Assembly: GCA_000146045.2 (NCBI GenBank)
Contig: BK006936.2
Location: forward strand, 480,001 to 544,000
Source: TPA_inf: Saccharomyces
Lineage: Eukaryota
DNA: 64,000 nt
Direction of reading: 5' to 3'
Shown: one piece after another, positions 50,869 to 61,639 of the stretch
How positions within the stretch are numbered: the first letter of the stretch is position 1
How the letters are laid out: the number at the start of each line of letters is the position of its first letter
Program-made: the position numbers and the translations under genes
The notes under the pieces: model-generated
Databases searched by the model: none
Told to the model about the DNA's origin: nothing
The model's input: only the letters and a program-made list of their open reading frames with translations

Positions 50869-52182
50869 TTAAATGAAATCATAGTCGGATCCTTCATCTT
50901 CGTCATAATATTCATCCTCAGATTCATCAACTAGTTGTTCAAAATTAACTTTGTAACGCAGCATGGCACCAATACCACCAAAACCTGTGACAAATTGGGC
51001 ACCTTCTGAAGATTTGTCTGTGATGAATTCCAAGGTAGCACCGAAGTTTTTGTAGTTAGCTGCTAGCCATTCAATTAAAGGTTCTTCGGAGACAACGTCC
51101 ATTTCTTGGCCGGTAGCTTTGTCAATAGCAAACGACTTGTCCTTGGCTTCTGGTTCAGCGAATTTTATAACCTCATTATCCTCGGCATCTTTAAATGTAT
51201 ATCTGATAGTTTCCAAATTTTCGAAAACAATTAATTTTTCGACTGCACCTAAATCCAATGCCTTTAAAGTATCATCTATACCATAACAGAATTTACCAGT
51301 GTCCTGGGAAATTTCGTCAAAATATGCCTCCAATAATTTCTTTTCTTGAACATACTTGACATTGGCCAACGCTTCGGCAGAAAGTTCGATAGCCTGGTTG
51401 AAACCGTTTTCACCACCATAAGAAACATCCACGATGGAAATAACCTTACATGCTAGTCTTGGATCGAATAATTCAGATTTAGCCAAATCGGTCTTAAAGT
51501 CAGCAGAACCAGCTAAAATTAAACCCTTAACATTGACTTTGTCATTAGTAATAAAATTTTGAACAGCAACTTCGGCGACCTTTCTCACATAATTATGTCT
51601 TTTTTCTTCTCTTAAACGAGCAAAACGAAGCGCAGATTGACCACCTCTACCATGCTTTTTTGGCAGATCGACAGTAAATTTATGTAAAACAGTTCTCGTA
51701 TTACCGGACACAGAACCAAACAAAGTACCTTGACCGTCCATGACTATAAAACCGAACTTGTCGTCAGCTTGAAGCAATTCCGAAAGAACTTCTGTATGAA
51801 ATTTGTTATCACACAAATATAAGGATGTGTTGATAGGTTTGTAAGGTTCGATGTCAAAAGTGACCTTTTTTTCTTTACCATCTTCAGTGATGATATCACC
51901 ACAATATAAAACTAAACCGTTCTTGGGCAAAGTATTATATAGCTTCAACTTTTGTTGGGTGGAAGTGATAGCAGATAAAACGGAAAGACGATTAACCCTA
52001 GATTTAATATTCGAGGCAGTACCATATTCATCTGTTAACATTTTTTGGTACAGTGGAATTTGACCCTTAGGAGGAATAACTAAGGAAATCATAGAAGTAC
52101 CATTACCTCTAGCTTTTTCTAAAGATTGGACCAACTTCTTGACCTTCCAGATCTCAATATTTTTTTCAACCTCGTTATCCAT
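50869..52182 (-). CDS. SUP45: Translation termination factor eRF1, 437 aa
   Basis: The NIKS motif (TASNIKSR, about 52006-52017) and the GGQ motif (HGRGGQSAL, about 51635-51655) are both present. The C-terminal tail is acidic. Confidence 0.97.
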
Positions 52183-53234
52183 TATTGAAGTATTTCCTTT
52201 GTCTATTTCTGTAGTCTTAATAAGGAGACAAGCCGAAATGAATTAAGAAATAAAGGTGTCGTTAAGGCCACACCAACAGTATATCAGTTAAAAATACAGT
52301 GATGTATTTCATTGATTTGACGCTTAGCACTGGATTTCTGAAAAAATTTTTCATTCAGGGTCAACGGAATAATCCGGGTAATAAAGACGGCGCTATCAAA
52401 CGGTATTACTGAAAAATGTACAAATGATGAGAGAGCAAGTGACTTAAGTATTCTTCGTACATGCGGTAGCGACAGATTGTAGTTTATGATCTGGTTATAA
52501 TACCATGTATAAATTGGAAGGATCTAAGCTAAAGTAAATTATGAATTGAATACTGCCCTTCAAAAATTAGATTTTGACAGGATGCTTTTTAACAAGTCTG
52601 TTATCCTCTTCATGGAATCACAAATTTAACCAGATATTTGCAGCAGCTATTGGGGGAAATGATGTAGCTAAGGTCTACCTCATACTGCTCATATCCAGCT
52701 TTTTACTTACTTTTCGTTTCAAGGCTCCCATACTATCTATAATGAGTAGAAATATCAGATGACTATGTCATTTTGAAGTTGGTTAGAATTTGCTTTTTGG
52801 TTTCGACAGCATGTGCACATTCATCATTGACCTTCGCTAAAGGTAGCGCCACCAAAAAGGAGCAATGAATTGAAATAAAGTTCTCAGTCCTCTACTTGTC
52901 CAGTTCTTGGCACATTGTAGAGTCTTACGTCAAATGTTCTGTTGGCTCACATACGTGCTCTTCGTATTTTCCATGAATAACTTCAGCTATTTATGTAAAT
53001 GACGCTCATACTCTTTATAAATCTGAAAATAAATAGCACGCATATACAAAGTGGATCAAGAGGCGTTATATCCAAACATTTCAGACAGAAGATTATATAA
53101 TGTAACAGAAAAAGTTTTAAAAATTTTGGAATAAAGGAAAAGGTGGTTGGGGAAGAGAATAGAGCTACAGCAAGTAAAAAGGTGCTTTCCTCGAAGTTGC
53201 GTCGAAGATGAATGAAAGTAGTTGCTAATTCTTA

Positions 53235-53549
53235 CTAGCACATGAAAAAAAAGGATATATATAATTTTACAAGTAGTGTCTTCATGACGGATTCATAGTC
53301 TATCCAAGCGTTTGCCCAAAATTTTGCAGTAAATTTAATGTTTTCTGTATAGGATAATGGTGCGCCATTCAAGTCCCGCGAAAAATGACTGATGTCTACA
53401 GGACAGGGGCGCAATATATGTTCTCTGACATTGCACCTTTTGAATATATCATGTGTTTGTTCTGCTATCTGCTTGTAGAAGGGTACGCTAACAGAGCCGG
53501 CGGCATTGTAAAAAGTTCTCCTTTCGCGGAAGGATGAGTCAAAAAGCAT
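53235..53549 (-). CDS. Dubious ORF (YBR144C-like), 104 aa, in the ADH5 upstream region; unlikely to be coding
   Basis: The ORF lies entirely within AT-rich promoter DNA and has no recognisable domain. Confidence 0.15.
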   Translation of the reverse strand: MLFDSSFRERRTFYNAAGSVSVPFYKQIAEQTHDIFKRCNVREHILRPCPVDISHFSRDLNGAPLSYTENIKFTAKFWANAWIDYESVMKTLLVKLYISFFFMC

Positions 53550-53640
53550 GTGACAATGAAATAATCAAATTGTGACATCTGCTGACGCGGGATCGTTCCT
53601 TCGTATTGTCTAGATTGTAATCTATATAACATACTACGAA

Positions 53641-53648
53641 TATAAAAG
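53641..53648 (+). promoter_or_regulatory. TATAAAAG TATA box about 120 bp upstream of the ADH5 ATG
   Basis: A consensus TATAAAAG sits in the correct orientation and at a plausible distance from the ATG. Confidence 0.5.
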
Positions 53649-53761
53649 AGGGACTACAAGATATTTCTAGCGCAAACTACTGCTTTACTGTCTCACAATG
53701 TCTCTGATTGGAAGATACCTAAGAAAATTATTTAACTACATATCTACAAAATCAAAGCATC

Positions 53762-54817
53762 ATGCCTTCGCAAGTCATTCCTGAAAAACAAAAGGCTATT
53801 GTCTTTTATGAGACAGATGGAAAATTGGAATATAAAGACGTCACAGTTCCGGAACCTAAGCCTAACGAAATTTTAGTCCACGTTAAATATTCTGGTGTTT
53901 GTCATAGTGACTTGCACGCGTGGCACGGTGATTGGCCATTTCAATTGAAATTTCCATTAATCGGTGGTCACGAAGGTGCTGGTGTTGTTGTTAAGTTGGG
54001 ATCTAACGTTAAGGGCTGGAAAGTCGGTGATTTTGCAGGTATAAAATGGTTGAATGGGACTTGCATGTCCTGTGAATATTGTGAAGTAGGTAATGAATCT
54101 CAATGTCCTTATTTGGATGGTACTGGCTTCACACATGATGGTACTTTTCAAGAATACGCAACTGCCGATGCCGTTCAAGCTGCCCATATTCCACCAAACG
54201 TCAATCTTGCTGAAGTTGCCCCAATCTTGTGTGCAGGTATCACTGTTTATAAGGCGTTGAAAAGAGCCAATGTGATACCAGGCCAATGGGTCACTATATC
54301 CGGTGCATGCGGTGGCTTGGGTTCTCTGGCAATCCAATACGCCCTTGCTATGGGTTACAGGGTCATTGGTATCGATGGTGGTAATGCCAAGCGAAAGTTA
54401 TTTGAACAATTAGGCGGAGAAATATTCATCGATTTCACGGAAGAAAAAGACATTGTTGGTGCTATAATAAAGGCCACTAATGGCGGTTCTCATGGAGTTA
54501 TTAATGTGTCTGTTTCTGAAGCAGCTATCGAGGCTTCTACGAGGTATTGTAGGCCCAATGGTACTGTCGTCCTGGTTGGTATGCCAGCTCATGCTTACTG
54601 CAATTCCGATGTTTTCAATCAAGTTGTAAAATCAATCTCCATCGTTGGATCTTGTGTTGGAAATAGAGCTGATACAAGGGAGGCTTTAGATTTCTTCGCC
54701 AGAGGTTTGATCAAATCTCCGATCCACTTAGCTGGCCTATCGGATGTTCCTGAAATTTTTGCAAAGATGGAGAAGGGTGAAATTGTTGGTAGATATGTTG
54801 TTGAGACTTCTAAATGA
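53762..54817 (+). CDS. ADH5: Zinc-dependent alcohol dehydrogenase isozyme V, 351 aa
   Basis: MDR-family ADH motifs are present: the catalytic Zn site ([13 protein letters not shown]), the structural Zn Cys cluster ([15 protein letters not shown]) and the NAD-binding GACGGLGS. Confidence 0.95.
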   Translation: MPSQVIPEKQKAIVFYETDGKLEYKDVTVPEPKPNEILVHVKYSGVCHSDLHAWHGDWPFQLKFPLIGGHEGAGVVVKLGSNVKGWKVGDFAGIKWLNGTCMSCEYCEVGNESQCPYLDGTGFTHDGTFQEYATADAVQAAHIPPNVNLAEVAPILCAGITVYKALKRANVIPGQWVTISGACGGLGSLAIQYALAMGYRVIGIDGGNAKRKLFEQLGGEIFIDFTEEKDIVGAIIKATNGGSHGVINVSVSEAAIEASTRYCRPNGTVVLVGMPAHAYCNSDVFNQVVKSISIVGSCVGNRADTREALDFFARGLIKSPIHLAGLSDVPEIFAKMEKGEIVGRYVVETSK

Positions 54818-55214
54818 TCTTTTGTAACGAATTTGATGAATATATTTTTACTTTTTATATAAGCTATTTTGTAGATATTGACTTTTTACGATTTATTTGT
54901 AACAATGAGAATTACTCCATTTCTGAACTTCAGTAAATAGCGAGTGATTCTGTACTTTGCGAGAACCGGTGGACATTTGGTATTTTGCCTTACAAGAACA
55001 ACCTATACAAACGTTTCAATATCTAATTCTTTGTAATCCATTGTTTTACGAGACATATAATGTGATATATAGATGAACTTTACGTATAAAATGATATATT
55101 TAAAACTAGCAACTGCGTGCGTAAGACAAACTGAAATAGGCCATTTACGGAAAAGAAATTTAATAATGTCGACTGGAAACTGAAACCAGGAGGAGTAGAA
55201 ATTGGTTAAATTGA

Positions 55215-56096
<882 letters not shown>

Positions 56097-56574
56097 TCTT
56101 AGTGCATCTTGTTACCTCAATTTCGAACGGAAGCGTGCGTGCTCTGAGTTTTTTGACACATGCCAGAAGAAACGTTATATATTTTGCATACAACGCCGCC
56201 CAGCATTAGAAGCACAACTCTCGTTCGTTATTCCTGTAAATAAAGTTATATGTATTCGAATATTGCTCAGTTAGTATTTTCTTCTACTTACTGCACATAA
56301 TACTTCATCTTTTTTTTCCTCTCACCCGCAAAGCAAAGGGGCCTTGCAGCAATGACTCAAATTCCATTGGAAAAAAGAAGGAGATGATAAGATGCAAATC
56401 AGAATAGATTTTACTATGACCGTTACATGTAAAAAGAGTCATAATATAAACCATAAATACTACAAATAACACCGGGTTCAGGCATATAAATAAACTATTC
56501 TCCTGTAATATCCCACAATATTTTGTTATAACCCAGACGTAATAGCCTCAAGCGAGCATCCCTAAATTTCTGCC

Positions 56575-57465
56575 ATGAAGCTGATCCCAATTATTTTGAA
56601 TGCTAAGAATCTCAGTGGGATGGCTGGATCCATATCAATATGCTGTTGGATTGTTGTGTTTGTACCACAGATTTATGAAAACTTCCGAAGACAGTCTGCG
56701 GAGGGATTATCACTGCTTTTCATTGTGTTGTGGCTATTAGGTGATATATTTAACGTCATGGGAGCTATGATGCAAAATTTACTCCCAACCATGATAATTT
56801 TAGCTGCTTACTATACATTGGCAGATTTAATTTTGTTAATACAGTGCATGTGGTATGACAAGGAGAAGAAGAGCATTTTACAAGAAGTCAAGAAAAATGT
56901 TGATCCTGTGCATTTGCCTCCAGCAAACCCCATAAATGAGACTGTCTTACAAGACGTTTTTAATGAATATGAGCCACTTTTGCCAAGGATAGAAGAAGAA
57001 GATAGCCAATCGTATAGCTCGCTTGAGCTTGGCAGAACAATAGTCGTAAAGGAAAGAGAGAATTTTTTCAATGACTTCTTAATTGTTTCAGGTGTACTTA
57101 TTGCCGGAATTTTGTCATGGTATATATCTTACTGTTCCGGCCTAGATAACGGTATTCCTAAAAAAAAACCTGCGTTCGAACAGATTAATTTACCTGCACA
57201 AATTTTAGGGTATTTAAGTGCGATACTGTACTTGGGCTCTAGGATCCCTCAGATTGTTCTTAACTTCAAAAGAAAATCATGCGAAGGAGTCTCATTCCTA
57301 TTCTTTTTATTTGCATGCTTAGGGAACACTTCTTTCATAATCTCAGTGCTCTCAGCATCTTGGCTTATCGGTAGCGCTGGTACGCTGTTGATGGACTTCA
57401 CAGTTTTTATTCAATTTTTCCTTTACGCCAAACCTAAATACGAGAAAATACTAATAGATAATTAA
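56575..57465 (+). CDS. RTC2: PQ-loop vacuolar cationic amino-acid transporter (YPQ3), 296 aa
   Basis: There are two PQ-loop repeats (PQIYENFRRQSAEGLS and PQIVLNFKRKSCEGVS) and 7 predicted TM segments. Confidence 0.9.
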   Translation: MKLIPIILNAKNLSGMAGSISICCWIVVFVPQIYENFRRQSAEGLSLLFIVLWLLGDIFNVMGAMMQNLLPTMIILAAYYTLADLILLIQCMWYDKEKKSILQEVKKNVDPVHLPPANPINETVLQDVFNEYEPLLPRIEEEDSQSYSSLELGRTIVVKERENFFNDFLIVSGVLIAGILSWYISYCSGLDNGIPKKKPAFEQINLPAQILGYLSAILYLGSRIPQIVLNFKRKSCEGVSFLFFLFACLGNTSFIISVLSASWLIGSAGTLLMDFTVFIQFFLYAKPKYEKILIDN

Positions 57466-57619
57466 CTAGTTGGCTTCTATTAATCTTTCCACTTAAAACT
57501 CAAACTTACTCATATGCGCATCGGCTATAGCCCAGAACTAGTATTTTCATTTTATGGAGGAAACAAAATTACTAGCGCCATCACGGCTCAGTCGTTATTT
57601 TGGCGATGCCCTTTGCTGA

Positions 57620-57657
57620 CACGCGTCTGAAAAAATACACAAAAAATAACACAAAAA
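57620..57657 (+). promoter_or_regulatory. Two MSE-like cores (ACACAAAA) plus an MluI/MCB ACGCGT about 220-255 bp upstream of YSW1
   Basis: ACGCGT is at about 57621, and ACACAAAA at about 57637 and 57649. The MSE core consensus is CRCAAAW, and YSW1 is induced in sporulation. Confidence 0.4.
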
Positions 57658-57875
57658 CGAGTAATGCCATTTCCTGGGTGGGGTCTCTATCCATAGAGGA
57701 AAAAAAGTGACAGGAAGGGGACAAATTCAACTATTCACTGTAGTCATCTAATAATTTTTTTAACTTAATCACACCAACAAAAACAAAAAAAAGCTAAAAC
57801 TAGGTTGAAGGATTTTAAGAGAAGTTATTGCACCGGTGTATTAACATATATAAGGATACGTACGAACATAACATC

Positions 57876-59705
57876 ATGTCCAGCTTAGCCGATACAGTAG
57901 AGGGTAGCGAGGCCAAACGCGGCAGATTTTCCAACAATGCATTAACCTCCGATACTGGTATTTTACAGAAAAATAGTACATTAAGAAACTGGTTTTTAAA
58001 ACCGACAGCAGACCTAAAAAATAGTTGCGAAGATAGAGTTGAAGATGACGTCAATGATGTCTACTTAAATGACAAAAACTCACAAAAATCTGTTGAAGAA
58101 AGAAAACTAGGAAGAAAAGTTAGATCTTTTTTCAAACAAACAAACTCAAATAAGGACGAGTCTGTGTTGGAAGATGAAGATGATGCGTTAGTTTGGAAGA
58201 AAACTAGCAATAAGTGTGCAAAAAAGGAAAATTCCCATGACATCCAAAAAGGAAGTTTCACAAAAAAAATCAGAAACAGTATTTTCAAGAGTGCAAATGA
58301 CGTGAAAGAATTCAGGAATGAAAATAACTTACTATTGCCCGTTGAACTTTCTTCTGATGATGAGAATGAGTCTCATTTCACTGATGCTAACTCACATGTT
58401 ATGCAATCAAAAAGTCCCGAGAAAATACCTTCCAAGGATCAATGCTTGACTAAAGGCGCTAAGAATAAAGGTCTGAAAAAGGAATATGAAAAAAGTTTTG
58501 AAGAGTATAGCGACGACAGTGACGATGAATTTTCTCCTGCTACTCCACCGGAGAATGTTCTTGAAGGTCCTTACAAATTTGTGTTTCAGACACCAAACAC
58601 ATTTACATCTCAGCCTAATATAACAGTAGAAAATGATTTTCACAAAGGTGGGAGACATGTGATTGACTATCTGAACAAAAAATTGGCTACTATGAACATT
58701 GATATTGATTTGACTTCAGGGGGGAAACAAAACGTATCTTGGGAGGAAGAGCTCGACCAATTGAGCGACCACGTTATAGAAAGTATTACTAACCACATTT
58801 CAAAGGGTAGAATGCACGCACAAGAGAAGCAAGATGAGTTGGAAAAGTTAAAATTGGAGAATTTGAACTTGTCAACATTAAAGCAAGAAAATCTCCAACA
58901 TAAGCAGGAAATTAACTCATTGAAAGACAACCTTGAATCCATTAGTAAAAAAAACAATGATCTTATATTGGAAATGAACAAATTGAAAAAAAAAAGTACG
59001 AATAATAAAACAAATGAGTACATATCTACGGATGAAAACGAAAATGAGGAGATTACCAAATCCAATATGGGTCCTGGCATTTTAGAACTGAACGTCAACG
59101 AAACTTCAAAAAAATTACAGCAATCCACATTCAAACCCTCGAAATATCTTCCAAGAGAAACGAGAAACAATGAAAATAGATTAAAACACTTGGAAAAGAG
59201 AATATTTGGCTTAGAAAAATCTCTTGAAAAAAAAAAAAAACAGGTAAGGGCTGACAGCGTTAGATTAGACTTGAATAGATATACTATCGACCAGTTTTTG
59301 ACATTACTGAAAAGCCTCAGCGAGGTTTTGCAATTCCACAATGTTTATGGCAATGATTTGAAGGAAAACGACGATAATATTATAAAGATTGAAACCTGCT
59401 GTAGTGCGCTAAACATGAAAAATTGTTTCGAAGACTCCTCATTTCGTTTACAAGAAAACAGCTTCAAGAGGCAATTGGGCCCTCTGTTCGCAAACATCAA
59501 CTTCTCCTTAATCGACCAACTGACAATGAACTTCAGGTTCTACGAGAGATCTGCCAATTTCCAGAAGGAAACAATAGGTGGGTTAAGAATGATGCTACAA
59601 GATAAGGATAACTATATCAAAACACTGATGCAACATTTGAAGAAAAAAGAGAGTACAAAGTTGATAAAAGACAGCAAGAATGGCGCCTCCACCTTAACAT
59701 CTTAA
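57876..59705 (+). CDS. YSW1: Sporulation-specific protein needed for prospore membrane formation, 609 aa
   Basis: The track ORF starts 16 codons upstream. The ATG (MSSLADTVEGSEAKRG...) gives 609 aa. The protein is K/E-rich with a coiled-coil C-terminal half. Confidence 0.85.
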   Translation: MSSLADTVEGSEAKRGRFSNNALTSDTGILQKNSTLRNWFLKPTADLKNSCEDRVEDDVNDVYLNDKNSQKSVEERKLGRKVRSFFKQTNSNKDESVLEDEDDALVWKKTSNKCAKKENSHDIQKGSFTKKIRNSIFKSANDVKEFRNENNLLLPVELSSDDENESHFTDANSHVMQSKSPEKIPSKDQCLTKGAKNKGLKKEYEKSFEEYSDDSDDEFSPATPPENVLEGPYKFVFQTPNTFTSQPNITVENDFHKGGRHVIDYLNKKLATMNIDIDLTSGGKQNVSWEEELDQLSDHVIESITNHISKGRMHAQEKQDELEKLKLENLNLSTLKQENLQHKQEINSLKDNLESISKKNNDLILEMNKLKKKSTNNKTNEYISTDENENEEITKSNMGPGILELNVNETSKKLQQSTFKPSKYLPRETRNNENRLKHLEKRIFGLEKSLEKKKKQVRADSVRLDLNRYTIDQFLTLLKSLSEVLQFHNVYGNDLKENDDNIIKIETCCSALNMKNCFEDSSFRLQENSFKRQLGPLFANINFSLIDQLTMNFRFYERSANFQKETIGGLRMMLQDKDNYIKTLMQHLKKKESTKLIKDSKNGASTLTS

Positions 59706-59986
59706 CAATTTCGTTTACTGAAAATGCTACTAGTATATAATCATTAAGTATCTAACTATCACTCAATAAAAATATTATAGATCGCTTAAAAACTCGTTTA
59801 TTGCCGATTATAAATCCACCAAAAGCCGCTCTACCCTTACCTCCGCCTGGAAAAATTATAATATATAAAGTGAGCCTCGTAATACAGGGGTAAAAAGGAA
59901 AGAGGGGGATATCAAGCATCTGGACTTATTTGCACTATCTCCGCCTTCAATTGATAAAAGCGTCTTGATTTTAATCAACTGCTATC

Positions 59987-61021
59987 ATGTCTTCTTCAGT
60001 AGCCTCAACCGAAAACATAGTCGAAAATATGTTGCATCCAAAGACTACAGAAATATACTTTTCACTCAACAATGGTGTTCGTATCCCAGCACTGGGTTTG
60101 GGGACAGCAAATCCTCACGAAAAGTTAGCTGAAACAAAACAAGCCGTAAAAGCTGCAATCAAAGCTGGATACAGGCACATTGATACTGCTTGGGCCTACG
60201 AGACAGAGCCATTCGTAGGTGAAGCCATCAAGGAGTTATTAGAAGATGGATCTATCAAAAGGGAGGATCTTTTCATAACCACAAAAGTGTGGCCGGTTCT
60301 ATGGGACGAAGTGGACAGATCATTGAATGAATCTTTGAAAGCTTTAGGCTTGGAATACGTCGACTTGCTCTTGCAACATTGGCCGCTATGTTTTGAAAAG
60401 ATTAAGGACCCTAAGGGGATCAGCGGACTGGTGAAGACTCCGGTTGATGATTCTGGAAAAACAATGTATGCTGCCGACGGTGACTATTTAGAAACTTACA
60501 AGCAATTGGAAAAAATTTACCTTGATCCTAACGATCATCGTGTGAGAGCCATTGGTGTCTCAAATTTTTCCATTGAGTATTTGGAACGTCTCATTAAGGA
60601 ATGCAGAGTTAAGCCAACGGTGAACCAAGTGGAAACTCACCCTCACTTACCACAAATGGAACTAAGAAAGTTCTGCTTTATGCACGACATTCTGTTAACA
60701 GCATACTCACCATTAGGTTCCCATGGCGCACCAAACTTGAAAATCCCACTAGTGAAAAAGCTTGCCGAAAAGTACAATGTCACAGGAAATGACTTGCTAA
60801 TTTCTTACCATATTAGACAAGGCACTATCGTAATTCCGAGATCCTTGAATCCAGTTAGGATTTCCTCGAGTATTGAATTCGCATCTTTGACAAAGGATGA
60901 ATTACAAGAGTTGAACGACTTCGGTGAAAAATACCCAGTGAGATTCATCGATGAGCCATTTGCAGCCATCCTTCCAGAGTTTACTGGTAACGGACCAAAC
61001 TTGGACAATTTAAAGTATTAA
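59987..61021 (+). CDS. ARA1: NADP+-dependent D-arabinose dehydrogenase (aldo-keto reductase), 344 aa
   Basis: It shows the AKR fold signatures ([14 protein letters not shown]) and its full length matches at 344 aa. Confidence 0.92.
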
Positions 61022-61208
61022 GACAACGACTTTATTTTCACTTTATTTAGTTCGCTTCTTAATCTTGTCAAAAACAAGATATTGTGTAATCGCCTCAAGT
61101 AAACAATATGTTTTTCATACGTGATTTGAAGTTTTTAAGTATCTGAAATACATACGCGCGCGTATGCATATGTATTAGTTAAATTACTCGAATGTCCTTT
61201 ATATAATA

Positions 61209-61458
61209 TTACATTTTTACACACACATTCTTGAAGAAGAAATCCCGATCGTAAAAAAAAACACCGTGCTCCAAATGGCCTTCAATCTTTTCGAATAATT
61301 TATTCGATTGTTCATTCTCATCTCTATAATCATTCGCCGTACGTTCAGGATATGACGCATCAAGCAGCGAAGCTAAACCTGTTGGAAATAAAGATCTGTC
61401 ATAGTCATCGTCTTCTTCATCATCATCAGCACCATTATTACTATAATCATCATCATTG

Positions 61459-61522
<64 letters not shown>

Positions 61523-61605
61523 TAATATTGTTGTCATTGTCATTATTGTTACTGTTACTGTAGTTATTGTTATTATTATTAATAGTACTACTACTATTAT
61601 TGCCA

Positions 61606-61639
<34 letters not shown>

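Noticed and set aside
52183-53761. A search for tRNA genes, snoRNAs or Ty LTR fragments in the largest intergenic regions
   Set aside because: I found no A-box/B-box pair (TRGCNNAGTGG ... GGTTCGANTCC), no TGTTG...CAACA LTR termini, and no C/D box arrangement by eye. A computational scan would be needed to rule them out fully.
56330-56345. A single AGGGG upstream of RTC2
   Set aside because: An isolated 5-mer is expected by chance. It is not a cluster like the one at TPS1.
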